From the NCBI GenBank assembly GCA_040752415.1, contig JBFMGU010000070.1, positions 1 to 42,132 of the forward strand: a stretch of 42,132 nucleotides of DNA. The letters run 5' to 3'. This document shows positions 25,819 through 35,441 of this stretch, one piece after another (position 1 is the first letter of the stretch; each line of letters begins with the position of its first letter). The notes below the pieces were generated by a model, which had not been told where the DNA came from, ran no database searches, and saw only the letters and a program-made list of their open reading frames with translations. This stretch comes from Myxococcota bacterium (GTDB taxonomy: Bacteria > Myxococcota > JACRCW01). The translations under genes and the position numbers were made by a program.

Positions 25819-28800
25819 TCAGCCGTTCACCGGGATGACGCTCATGAGGTCATCCATGCAGGCGTAGCCGCTGTTGAAGCTCTGCTGGTTGAACGAGGGG
25901 TTCAGTGGGATGTCCGTGAACTCCACCGTCTGCCCGTCGATCTTGATGTTGCCGGTGAGCCAGTTGGTGTCGCCCTGGTAGCTGCCGTTGAAGGCGGACA
26001 GGTTGGCCTCATCAATACGCACGTGGAAGGTCTTGCCCTCGGTGTGCAGCGTGGCGTTCACGTTGCGCACCACCACGTTGCTGATCTCGCTGATGCTCAC
26101 CACCACGTAGGGCGCCACGTCGAACTTGCCGGCGTCACTGCGACGCTCCGCCAGCACCGGCTGGATCAGCGCGGAGAGCGTGCCGGAGTGGATGGTCAGC
26201 GTGCCCTTGGGCTCACCGGTGTCGGGCTCGTTGTAGCCGGCGGTGAACTCCGTCAGGTCCACGTGGTCCAGGAAGATGTCCACGCTCTCGCGCGTGTTGG
26301 GACGGATGGAATCAATCAGCCACAGCATCTTCTCGCGGATGCCGCGCACCGTGCGGGAGGCGTCGACGCTGGCCGTGCCGCTCACCCACAGGTCACCGCC
26401 GTTGCAGTCGTGCTGGTAGACCTCCTGGCCGCCCTGCCCCAGCTCACAGTCCTGGATGGACCAGTGCATGGAGCCCAGCTCTCCGTCGTCACCTTCCACC
26501 TGGTCCGGGCCCAGCTTCACGAACGTGTTCTCGAAGCCGCAGTCCGTGTCGGTGTTGATCATCGACGCCAGCGTGCCCACCGTCTGGATCAGGAGCCGCG
26601 ACGCGCCCTCCCCCAGCGTCTTGTGGAAGCTGCACTCCGCGTCGGACTGCGGAATGGCGATGTGCGGCGTGCAGGCGTACGAGGTGGTGAACGCCATGGG
26701 GTCAAACTGCGGGTTCAGCACCGGCTTGCTCTGGTCCAGCGGCACCAGCAGGTGCTTCCCGTCGACGTCCATGGTGCCCGCCAGGAAGTTCTGCCGACCG
26801 TCCTTCTCACCGTTCTGCGCGTCCAGGCTGGCGCTGGCAACATCCAGCAGGAAGCTCTTCCCTTCCGACGACAGCAGCAGCCTGGCGTTGCTGTAGGTGA
26901 TGTCCTGGAACTCCACGTTGGGCGTGGCAATGGAGCAGGCGCCGGTTTCCTCGTCGAGGGCGAGGCGCGGACGGAGCTTGCCGCTCAGCGTGCCCGCCTT
27001 GATGGTCAGCGCGTTGTTGCTGTTGGACATGGTCACGCGGAAGTCGGTGAGCGTGGCGGTCAGGGAGATTTCCGCCGGGTCGCGCGTGGTGGGGACGATG
27101 GGCTGCTCCAGGTCACCGGTGCGGATGCCGCGCAGGCGCTTGGTGCCCGTCACCGTGGCCGTGCCCTCCACCCACGTCACCACGCCGTTGCAGTCGCGGC
27201 TCACTTCCGTCTTGGCGGAGAACGTCACCGTGCACGGGGAGCTGATGGTGTACAACGCCTCGCCACCGCGCTCTCCCACCGTGCCCGTCAGGGAGACGCC
27301 GTTCTTCACCGCCTCGCTGGAGAACCCGCACGACGTGTTGGCCTCCACCGTCTGCACCAGCGCACCGAAGTTGGCCACGCTCAGACGCGCCGCGCCCTCG
27401 CCCAGCTTGTCGGTGAGCAGGCACTCCGCGTCGGACGGGGGGACCACCACGTTGGGCTTGCATGAGCCCGCGTTCTCGAAGATCACGGCGTCAAACTCAG
27501 GGTCCAGCACGCCCGAGCCGTCCAGCGGAACCACGAAGCGCTCACCGTCCACCGTGATGCTGCCGTCGAGGTGATTGGTCACGTTGTCCTTGGTGCCGCT
27601 CTGCGCATTGAGCGCGCTGCCATCCACGCGGGCCCGGAAGTTGTTCCCCTCCGACGAGAGCAGCACCTCGGCGTTGTCGTAGCTCAGCTCGCTGAACTCC
27701 ACGGTCTCCGTCGCCACGGAGCACGCGCCAGTGGTGGTGTCCTTGGCCAGGCGTGGACGCATCACGCCGCTCAGTCCGCCGCGGACGATGGTCAGCGCGT
27801 GCGGGCTGTCCGTCTTGGTGACCTTGAAGTTGCTGAACGTGGCCTGGACGTTGATCTCCGCGGGGTCCCGTCTCGTCGGGACGATGGGCGCCGTGGGGTC
27901 ACCACTCACGATGCCACGCACCGTCTTGGTGCCCGTCACGGTGATGCTGCCTTGCGCGTACGTCTTCACTCCGTTGCAGTCCTCGCTCACCAGCACGGGC
28001 TGGTTGAGCGTGATGGTGCACGGCTCGCTGATGGTGAACACCGCCTGGCCGCCCGCCGCACCCAGCTCACCGGTGACCTGCGGGTTGCCCGCCACCGCCG
28101 CGCTGGAGAAGCCGCAGGTGGTGTCGGCGTCGACGATGGCCACGAGGTTGCCGAAGTTGCACACCGTGAGGCGCGCGGTGCCTTCCGCAATCTGGTCGGT
28201 GAGCGGCTCGCATTCGTAGGAGACCGGCAGCTTCAGGCCCTCGGCGCACTCGAGCGCGGTCGCCATCTTCGCGGGGTCGTACTCGGGGTCCAGGCCGGCC
28301 TTGTCGTCGGCGGTGGGCACGGCCACCTCGCGGTCCCACACCGTGATGGTCCCCTCGATGAAGTTCTCGCGCTCGCCCCACTTGCCTGCCTGCGCGTCGT
28401 AGTCAGAGAAGGGCACGTCCACCGTGAAGCGCTGCCCGTCCGCCACCACCTCCACGTGCGCCTTGTCGTAGACCACGTCGGAGATGGAGACGTCGCCGGT
28501 GGGGATGGAGCACACGCCCAGCTCCGCGTTTACCGCCAGGTGCGGCTCCACCACGAAGGACACCGTCCCGTCCTGGATGGTCAGCGAGTTGTCGGCGTCG
28601 GTCACGCGCACCGTGAACTTGTCGAACGTGGCGGTCACCTCGAAGCGGATGGCGTCGGGAGAACCGGGAATCACGGGGTTGGCCGGGTTGCCGCTCAGCG
28701 TGCCACGCAGCGTCTTCACCGCCGTCACCGTGGCCTTGCCCATCACCAGCGTCTCCACGCCGTTGCAGTCCGTGGACACCGTGGTCAGCGACGGAAAATC

Positions 28801-29055
28801 CAGCTCACAACCATTCACCCGCCACGTGGCCACGCCCTGCCCGCCCAGCTGCCCCTCCTCCTCACGCTCCGCCCTCACCGCCTCGCTGGAGAAACCGCAG
28901 CGCGTATCCGCCTCAATCAGCGAGACCAGGTTGCCCACGTTGCGCACCGTCAACCGCGCCACACCCATGCCAACCTTGTCCGGGAACAACCGCTGCGGCG
29001 TACACCCCAGCACCACCGCCATCAGTCCCAAACCCACCAGTGCGCCGCGGTTCAT
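25819..29055 (-). CDS. Large lipoprotein built from four tandem ~262-aa repeats of unknown function
   Basis: MNRGALVGLGLMAVVLGC lipobox; GGAGG RBS; repeats start G-x-[AS]-RL at 28965, 28182, 27396, 26607. Confidence 0.9.
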   Translation of the reverse strand: MNRGALVGLGLMAVVLGCTPQRLFPDKVGMGVARLTVRNVGNLVSLIEADTRCGFSSEAVRAEREEEGQLGGQGVATWRVNGCELDFPSLTTVSTDCNGVETLVMGKATVTAVKTLRGTLSGNPANPVIPGSPDAIRFEVTATFDKFTVRVTDADNSLTIQDGTVSFVVEPHLAVNAELGVCSIPTGDVSISDVVYDKAHVEVVADGQRFTVDVPFSDYDAQAGKWGERENFIEGTITVWDREVAVPTADDKAGLDPEYDPAKMATALECAEGLKLPVSYECEPLTDQIAEGTARLTVCNFGNLVAIVDADTTCGFSSAAVAGNPQVTGELGAAGGQAVFTISEPCTITLNQPVLVSEDCNGVKTYAQGSITVTGTKTVRGIVSGDPTAPIVPTRRDPAEINVQATFSNFKVTKTDSPHALTIVRGGLSGVMRPRLAKDTTTGACSVATETVEFSELSYDNAEVLLSSEGNNFRARVDGSALNAQSGTKDNVTNHLDGSITVDGERFVVPLDGSGVLDPEFDAVIFENAGSCKPNVVVPPSDAECLLTDKLGEGAARLSVANFGALVQTVEANTSCGFSSEAVKNGVSLTGTVGERGGEALYTISSPCTVTFSAKTEVSRDCNGVVTWVEGTATVTGTKRLRGIRTGDLEQPIVPTTRDPAEISLTATLTDFRVTMSNSNNALTIKAGTLSGKLRPRLALDEETGACSIATPNVEFQDITYSNARLLLSSEGKSFLLDVASASLDAQNGEKDGRQNFLAGTMDVDGKHLLVPLDQSKPVLNPQFDPMAFTTSYACTPHIAIPQSDAECSFHKTLGEGASRLLIQTVGTLASMINTDTDCGFENTFVKLGPDQVEGDDGELGSMHWSIQDCELGQGGQEVYQHDCNGGDLWVSGTASVDASRTVRGIREKMLWLIDSIRPNTRESVDIFLDHVDLTEFTAGYNEPDTGEPKGTLTIHSGTLSALIQPVLAERRSDAGKFDVAPYVVVSISEISNVVVRNVNATLHTEGKTFHVRIDEANLSAFNGSYQGDTNWLTGNIKIDGQTVEFTDIPLNPSFNQQSFNSGYACMDDLMSVIPVNG

Positions 29056-29076
29056 GCATGCCCTCCCTGCCAATGA

Positions 29077-29093
29077 GACCTGATTATCGGGTC
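29077..29093. promoter_or_regulatory. Near-perfect palindrome (putative operator) in an AT-richer divergent promoter region
   Basis: GACCTGAT-T-ATCGGGTC (one mismatch); TACATG direct repeat at 29113 and 29122. Confidence 0.4.
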
Positions 29094-29302
29094 AACAGGC
29101 GGGGAGTTGTCCTACATGTCATACATGCAGTCAAGCGGTTGAATATGTTGGTGTTTTGGCCACATCGGTGATCCGGAGGATGCCCCTGGGCGGCGGGCGG
29201 TGGGGAGGTGGTGGCGCGTGATGGGGTGGGGCCGTCACAACAGGGCTGCAGCAAGGACGCTCGCGGGTTGGCGTCCGCGTTTCCTGACCACTTGAGGTGC
29301 GC

Positions 29303-30586
29303 ATGCCCTGGAGGGTGCTGCTGGCAGCCAGCGCGTGGGCGCTGCTGCGCACGGCGGATGCGTGGGGCTCGTGTGAGCCGCCCACGCCACGCGTGCTGCC
29401 GCCCTGCCAAGACACGGACATCTCGTGGAGCGCCACGGGCAAGGTGGTCACCATCCGCGGCCCGGTTTCGTGCACGCTCTCCGACGTGGCCGAGGTGGTT
29501 TCCGAGGAGGTGCTGCAACCGATGTCCGGGAACCGCTGGCTCCTGCGCGCCAAGCTCATGCTGGAGGACGGCGCAAGGCTGGTGCTGCACGGGGCGGGCG
29601 TGGGGGGTGACGTCGACGAGCTGCGCCTGATGAGCAACAGCGCGCGGCCGGAAGGCACGGTGTGGATCATCGCGCAGTGGGGTGAAGTCGACATCGACGG
29701 CGCGCGCATCCGCAGCTGGGATGAGGACCTGGGTGGCCCCGACACCGAGCCGGGTCGACGAGGACGCGCGTACCTCGCGGTGAAGAGCTTCATGGAGGGC
29801 GGCGTGGCGCGTGAGTCGCGCATGAGCATCCGCAACAGTGAGCTGTCACACCTGGGCTACAACGCGCCGGAAGCGTACGGGTTGAGCTGGAAGGTGATGG
29901 GCACCGGGGAGAGCGGCTCGACCTCGCCGGTGTTTGACCAGGTGGAAGTCTACGCCAGCGTCACGGACAGCCACCTGCATGACAGCTACATGGGCGCGTA
30001 CACGTGGGGCGCATCCTGCTCCGAGTTCGCCCGCAATGAAGTGGCCTACCACGAGGTCTACGGGCTGGACCCGCACGACAACTCCGACCACCTGGACATC
30101 ATCGACAACCAGATCCACCACAACGGACTGCACGGCATCATCTGCTCCAAGAACTGCGACAACCTCACCATCCGCGGCAACGTGAGCCACGACAACGGCG
30201 GCCACGGCATCATGCTGCACCGGGCCATCACGCAGTCGGTGGTGGAGGGCAATGAGGTCTACAACAACGCGGGCATTGGCATTGCCGTGCACGAGAGCAA
30301 CGACAACCTCATCCGCAACAACCTGGCCCACGACAACGAGACCGGCATCCGCGTGTACGTGGGCAGCGCCAACAATGTCATCCAGGACAACGAGGTGTTC
30401 AACAACAGCATGGTGGGCATTGAGTTCACGCCGGGATTGGACCGTCCCACGCAAGGAGACGGCCACCCGCGCAACAACCTGGTGCAAGGCAACCACGTGC
30501 ACCACAACCGCGTCAGCGGCCTGCGCTCCGGCGACGCTCGACGACAAATCATCCGCAACAACCGCGTGCAGTCCAATGGCACGTGA
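29303..30586 (+). CDS. Secreted right-handed beta-helix protein, AlgG/mannuronan C5-epimerase-like
   Basis: Signal peptide; PbH1-type Asn-ladder repeats; YGLDPHD and HGIICS motifs; GAGGT RBS before ATG 29303 (alternative GTG 29297). Confidence 0.82.
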   Translation: MPWRVLLAASAWALLRTADAWGSCEPPTPRVLPPCQDTDISWSATGKVVTIRGPVSCTLSDVAEVVSEEVLQPMSGNRWLLRAKLMLEDGARLVLHGAGVGGDVDELRLMSNSARPEGTVWIIAQWGEVDIDGARIRSWDEDLGGPDTEPGRRGRAYLAVKSFMEGGVARESRMSIRNSELSHLGYNAPEAYGLSWKVMGTGESGSTSPVFDQVEVYASVTDSHLHDSYMGAYTWGASCSEFARNEVAYHEVYGLDPHDNSDHLDIIDNQIHHNGLHGIICSKNCDNLTIRGNVSHDNGGHGIMLHRAITQSVVEGNEVYNNAGIGIAVHESNDNLIRNNLAHDNETGIRVYVGSANNVIQDNEVFNNSMVGIEFTPGLDRPTQGDGHPRNNLVQGNHVHHNRVSGLRSGDARRQIIRNNRVQSNGT

Positions 30587-30592
30587 GCACCA

Positions 30593-30726
30593 CCCATGCT
30601 GACGGAATGCCCGGGTCGGGATGGAGAAGGCGCGTCACAACCAGTCGCGTTCTTCCCCCCTGGTGACTCGGCGAGTGGAAGGGTCGTGCCGGCTCCATCC
30701 CGGGCCGGGCATTCCGCCAGCGTGGG
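30593..30726. repeat. 134-bp foldback element with 34-bp terminal inverted repeats
   Basis: 30593-30626 versus reverse complement of 30693-30726 match at 30 of 34 positions; structured 66-nt core. Confidence 0.85.
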
Positions 30727-30738
30727 AGGTTCTCGTCG

Positions 30739-32286
30739 TCAGGGAGCGGGCTTGGGCTGCAGGAACGCCGGCGACAGCTCCGAGGGAAGCTGCGCGGTCC
30801 CGCCGAACACCCGCTCGGTGATCGACAATCCCGCCGCCGCCAGCGGCGCACGCAGCTCCTTGAGGGCGGGGTGCGCGTCGGCCAGGTCCTTCAGCGCGCG
30901 AGTGGACAACGTCACGGTGGTGACATCTCCGTCGGCCACGGCGGCAGCGTCGGTCTCTGCGCCCTCCAGCGCCGCCACCGTGCCCAGGAAGTGACCGGAG
31001 GGGAGCTTGCGGGTGACGTCGAGCTCTCCGTTGTCCTTCTCGGTGCCCACGTTGACGGTGCCGTCCATGATGACCCACAGGCCGTTCACGCCGGCGCCCT
31101 GGTAGAAGAGCTCGTCGCCATCCCGGTAGATCTTGGTCTTGAAGCCCTGCGCCAGCACCAGGCGCGCCCCGGGCTCCAGCTCGCGGAACACCGGCAGCAG
31201 CGCCAACGCGTTGGCCACCACGCGCTCCCGCAGGAAGTCGCGCAGGGCCAGGCCGAACGCGGGGTGCTCCTTCACCAGCCTCTCGACGACGCTCCGCCGC
31301 AGCTCGAAGTACGAGAGGTCCGTCAGCGCCTCCAGCGAAGCCGCGCGCAAACGCTCCGAGAGCAACGCAAACAACCCCGCGAAGTCACCGCTGCGCAGGT
31401 GCGCCAGGTTCACGCGTGCGTCGCCGGACCCGCGGAACGCCACCGCCTCACCCTCGACGAGGATGGCGAGGTGTCCGGCGTCGTCGCCCTCCTTCCACAC
31501 CAGCTCACCGGCCTTGGCGGTCTTGTGCGTCAGCGCGGCGGACAGCTCCACGAAGTTGGCCTGGCTGAGACCAGAGAAGAGCGGAAGCTCGGGGAGGACC
31601 AGGTCTCCGTCGGTGAGCGGGCCCAGGATCTCGTAGTTCTCGCTGAGGTCGCCCTCGCCGCTGGGGTCTTCCTCCTCTTCCTGGATGTCGCCGGTGTCGA
31701 CGTCCACCACCGACTCATCCGCGTGCTCCTCCTCCGCCACCACGTCGGATTCGTCGACGGAGAGGGCCTGCTCACCGCTGACGTCCCCGTCGGGAGGGAG
31801 CGGCGGGGGCACCAGCGGGGAGTCCACGCGACCACCCACCTCATCCAGGCTCAGCACCTTCACCGCGCCGGCGGGTCGGATGGCGCGCCACACGCCCGTG
31901 GCCGTGGAAGGCCAGTGCGTCTCGTCGCCAACCGGGTCGCTGGGGATGGGCACCGCCACGCGGCCCGCGTTGGAGGCGCCGCGCGTCCGTGCGTAGAGCT
32001 TGGCCAGGAAGAGCAGCGTCTCGTTGTCGTCGGGAGCAACCTGGAGCTGCTCCTTGGACACCGCGATGGCCTGCAGCGGCTGACCCGCCAACGCCAGGTA
32101 GCGGGCCACGGAGCGGTAATGCGCCACCGCCTGCTTGGTCTTCCCGAGGAGCCGATAGGTGCGGGCAATGCGCAGGCGCGCGTCGAGGTCCAGCGGGTGC
32201 TTGAGCACCACCTCCTTCAACTCCGCAAGGTTCTTCTTCAGCTCCCGGGGAGTGGGCGGCCGGGATGGGAAGAGTGGCGAGCTCAC
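30739..32286 (-). CDS. TPR-repeat protein with two cyclic-nucleotide-binding domains
   Basis: N-terminal TPR-like helices, acidic linker, LPLFSGL...GELVWKEGD...GDFAG...RAAS and LPVF...GDELFYQG...GHFLG; GTG 32286 preceded by GAGG. Confidence 0.88.
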   Translation of the reverse strand: MSSPLFPSRPPTPRELKKNLAELKEVVLKHPLDLDARLRIARTYRLLGKTKQAVAHYRSVARYLALAGQPLQAIAVSKEQLQVAPDDNETLLFLAKLYARTRGASNAGRVAVPIPSDPVGDETHWPSTATGVWRAIRPAGAVKVLSLDEVGGRVDSPLVPPPLPPDGDVSGEQALSVDESDVVAEEEHADESVVDVDTGDIQEEEEDPSGEGDLSENYEILGPLTDGDLVLPELPLFSGLSQANFVELSAALTHKTAKAGELVWKEGDDAGHLAILVEGEAVAFRGSGDARVNLAHLRSGDFAGLFALLSERLRAASLEALTDLSYFELRRSVVERLVKEHPAFGLALRDFLRERVVANALALLPVFRELEPGARLVLAQGFKTKIYRDGDELFYQGAGVNGLWVIMDGTVNVGTEKDNGELDVTRKLPSGHFLGTVAALEGAETDAAAVADGDVTTVTLSTRALKDLADAHPALKELRAPLAAAGLSITERVFGGTAQLPSELSPAFLQPKPAP

Positions 32287-32357
32287 ATGAAACCTCGACG
32301 TCCGCACCTATGCCGCTACCGGCCGTGCTCGCGCAAGTCCTGCGCCTGCACACGTCC

Positions 32358-32386
32358 TTGACGCACCCTATCACGGGCTGTACTCC
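32358..32386 (+). promoter_or_regulatory. Sigma70-type promoter of kynA
   Basis: TTGACG-17 nt-TACTCC, same pattern as the tRNA promoter. Confidence 0.5.
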
Positions 32387-32409
32387 CCCCGCGCCACGAC
32401 GAGGCTGCC

Positions 32410-33267
32410 ATGATGAAAGAGCGCGAGCTGGAAGCAGGCATCACGACGGACCTGAGCAACCGGATGACCTACACCGGGTACTTGTGCCTGGACGGATTGC
32501 TCTCCCAGCAGAAGCCGCTCTCCAGTCCCCCGCACCACGACGAGATGCTGTTCATCATCCAGCACCAGACCAGTGAGCTGTGGATGAAGCTCATCATCCA
32601 CGAGCTGACCGCCGCGCTGGACCACATCCGCGCCGACCAGCTGGAGCCCGTCTTCAAGATCCTCTCGCGCGTGAAGCACATCCAGGCGCAGCTGTTCAAC
32701 CAGTGGAGCGTGCTGGAGACGCTGACGCCGAGCGAATACGTGCAGTTCCGCCACGTGCTGGGCCCGGCCAGCGGCTTCCAGAGCGTGCAGTACCGCGCCA
32801 TCGAGTTCATGTTGGGGAACAAGTCGGCCTCGTCCCTGGCGGTGCACCGTCACGACGAGGTGGCGCACCGTTTCCTCAGCGACATCCTCAACAGCCCGTC
32901 CATCTACGACGAGTTCCTGCGCCTGCTGGCACGCAAGGGTTTCAACATGCCCAAGGAGGTGGTGGAGCGCGACTGGAGCCAGCCGTACACGCCGCATCCC
33001 GACGTCATGAAGGTGTTCAAGGAAGTCTACGAGCAGCCGGAGAAGCACTGGGACGCGTACGAGATGGCGGAGAAGCTCATCGACGTGGAGGAGCAGTTCG
33101 CGTTGTGGCGCTTCCGGCACATGAAGACGGTGCACCGCATCATCGGACTCAAGCGCGGCACGGGGGGCAGCAGCGGCGTGAGCTTCCTGAAGAAGGCGCT
33201 GGAGCTGACGTTCTTCCCCGAGCTGTGGGACGTGCGCACGGAAATCCAGGAAGTGCGCGGGGTGTGA
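32410..33267 (+). CDS. kynA: Tryptophan 2,3-dioxygenase
   Basis: [47 protein letters not shown] loop, [10 protein letters not shown]. Confidence 0.97.
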   Translation: MMKERELEAGITTDLSNRMTYTGYLCLDGLLSQQKPLSSPPHHDEMLFIIQHQTSELWMKLIIHELTAALDHIRADQLEPVFKILSRVKHIQAQLFNQWSVLETLTPSEYVQFRHVLGPASGFQSVQYRAIEFMLGNKSASSLAVHRHDEVAHRFLSDILNSPSIYDEFLRLLARKGFNMPKEVVERDWSQPYTPHPDVMKVFKEVYEQPEKHWDAYEMAEKLIDVEEQFALWRFRHMKTVHRIIGLKRGTGGSSGVSFLKKALELTFFPELWDVRTEIQEVRGV

Positions 33268-33269
33268 CG

Positions 33270-35381
33270 TCACCGCGCATCCAGGCGGACCAGGTGGAGT
33301 GAGCGGTCGACGTAGGGCTGGTGGGGATAGCCGGTGCCGAAGCCGAGGCTGATCCACGCGACGACAGCGCTGTTTCCTTGCGCGGCAATTGCGTGGGCTC
33401 GCATGGGGGTTGGGTCGGAGCGCAGCGGCACAACCGGGCTGGGCAGCCCCGCGGTCCGCAAGTCTAGAAACTCAACGACCGGATCGCGGTATTGGCAGCC
33501 CTCGTCAGTGCATCCTCCGGCGACGCGCAGCGCGAACGATGAGGAACCTCCCGACATGTCACTCGTCCACGTGCCATCGAGATATGCCAGGAACGTCGGC
33601 CCTGCCAGCAGGGTACCCACGTTGGAGAACTTGGCCTCCGCGTTCCAACTCGCGCCGCCGGTAACACTCATGGCCCGATAACGAAGAAGAACTGCGTTTC
33701 CCACCATCGCCAAGATGGGCCTCGCGCCGCTTGTCAATGGTGGATCCAGTTCCGACATCACCATCCCATCCGCAAAGCTCACGACCGCCAACCCATCCTG
33801 CCTCGCCAGCGCTGCGAGATATCGGGTGCCGGTCCACACCACGTCGATGTCGTCCCCGGTGTACGCGTCATCATCGATGGACATTTCCCAGAGCGACTGA
33901 CCCATGTTGTTCAACTGGATGGCATGGTGGTTCACGCCGTTCCCGAAAAGCAGGAGAGGGCCGTCAGGGGACCCCTGAACGAACCCAAAGTCGCGTCCGG
34001 CAAGCGAGGAAGCCTCTCCGATTGGCTGACCATCAAGCGTCAGCCGTTGAAGGCGCGCGGTGGATGCGCTGCGGGCGACCCATAGCCAGCCCTCCGACGT
34101 TCTCGCCAACATGTCCGGCTCCAACCAAGCGACGCTGGACAGGCAGTGCGTCTCGAGCAGTCGCAGGTCCGAGTCAAAAAGGCCGAACTGGGCCTGACCG
34201 CCAACAGATGCCCAGATCACCCCGACATGCTCGCCGTCGTACGCAATTGCAAGCTGCTCTGCTGCACGAGCGTTTGCTGGCGCGCGAACGCAACGCACGA
34301 CAGCCGCGTCGTCGGGACAGGAGTCGCACAGTGACACATCCCAGGAGCAAGCGGCGGAACAACCCAGGTAGCCCGCGGAATAGCCCAGCGACCTGCAGTT
34401 GACTCCGGCGGGAAAGCTCTCATCGCACCTTTCCTCCAGCAATCGCTGCTCGCGATCTCCATCCTCGTCGTAGAACTCCCATGTGCACGAGTCGAGTGCT
34501 CCGTTGCCGCATTGGTCGCGTCCGCAGTTGGGCTCCGCGTCCGGAAGCGGGGAGCACTCCAGGAGGTCCTCGCACGGCACCCCCGCAGGAAGCGGTAAGC
34601 GGGCGCACACTCCGTCGTCGCAGACGTGGTACGCGCGGCAGCCCTCAATGGGGCCACACAGCGTTCCGTCCGGCGCACGCGTCGTGATGCAGCCCGCGTC
34701 CTCACACGCGTCGACTGTGCACGGATCACCGTCGTCACAGTCCGCGTCAACGCCCACCGCGTGACAGCCAAGCGCGGTGTCGCAGAGGTCCGCGGTGCAG
34801 TCGATTCCGTCGTCGCAGGCAATGGGGAAGCCAACGCAGGCGCCCTGTGCGCACCAGTCCTCTGTCGTGCACGCATTTCCGTCATCGCACGGGGCGTCAA
34901 TGGGAGCGGATGCGCACTGGCCAGCGGATGGCACATAGGTGTCCATGGTGCAGGGATTGGCGTCGTCGCAAATGGGCGCGTCGGTCCCCTCCCCCATCAT
35001 CAACACCGTGACGAGGTCGTTGTCGGCGTCACTGCGCACGCGGAGCACCGCTCGGTGGCTCGCCACGGTCAATGGAGAGAAGCGGATGACGGCGAGCCAG
35101 CGTTCACCCGCACCCAGCGACCCAGGCGCCCCCGACGCGAGCGAGAACGCACCGTCTCCGTCGATGTCCGTTTCCAACATCCGGACCGAGCGTGGCCCCT
35201 CGTTTCGGAAGACGACATGGCATTCCGCGCTGTTACCGACGATGACGCTGCCGCATTCCACGCTCGCCGGATCCGCCTCCAGCCGGCCGGTCATGGGCTG
35301 CAGCGCCGTGTCACGCTCCGCCGGACACGCCCACATCACCACCAGGAGCGCGGCGAACGTTCGGCCTTCCCGTGTCGCCAT
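33270..35381 (-). CDS. Cys-rich surface lipoprotein (Ig-like domain, CDDGxxCT repeats, beta-propeller-like C-terminus)
   Basis: LLVVMWAC signal; ASH-type Ig pattern (F.N.G...FSP...LRVRSD); four CDDxxxCT repeats; CGNG...CD...GYLGC module; GGAG RBS before ATG 35381. Confidence 0.8.
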   Translation of the reverse strand: MATREGRTFAALLVVMWACPAERDTALQPMTGRLEADPASVECGSVIVGNSAECHVVFRNEGPRSVRMLETDIDGDGAFSLASGAPGSLGAGERWLAVIRFSPLTVASHRAVLRVRSDADNDLVTVLMMGEGTDAPICDDANPCTMDTYVPSAGQCASAPIDAPCDDGNACTTEDWCAQGACVGFPIACDDGIDCTADLCDTALGCHAVGVDADCDDGDPCTVDACEDAGCITTRAPDGTLCGPIEGCRAYHVCDDGVCARLPLPAGVPCEDLLECSPLPDAEPNCGRDQCGNGALDSCTWEFYDEDGDREQRLLEERCDESFPAGVNCRSLGYSAGYLGCSAACSWDVSLCDSCPDDAAVVRCVRAPANARAAEQLAIAYDGEHVGVIWASVGGQAQFGLFDSDLRLLETHCLSSVAWLEPDMLARTSEGWLWVARSASTARLQRLTLDGQPIGEASSLAGRDFGFVQGSPDGPLLLFGNGVNHHAIQLNNMGQSLWEMSIDDDAYTGDDIDVVWTGTRYLAALARQDGLAVVSFADGMVMSELDPPLTSGARPILAMVGNAVLLRYRAMSVTGGASWNAEAKFSNVGTLLAGPTFLAYLDGTWTSDMSGGSSSFALRVAGGCTDEGCQYRDPVVEFLDLRTAGLPSPVVPLRSDPTPMRAHAIAAQGNSAVVAWISLGFGTGYPHQPYVDRSLHLVRLDAR

Positions 35382-35441
35382 CCACGTTCTCCGACGACGA
35401 GCTGGATGCAACGTAGCGACGGAGCACGCCCTCCGCCGGGG

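Noticed and set aside
8891..30586. Alginate pathway from PMM/PGM plus the AlgG-like gene
   Set aside because: The genes are about 19 kb apart, PMM/PGM is housekeeping, and no synthase or export genes are present
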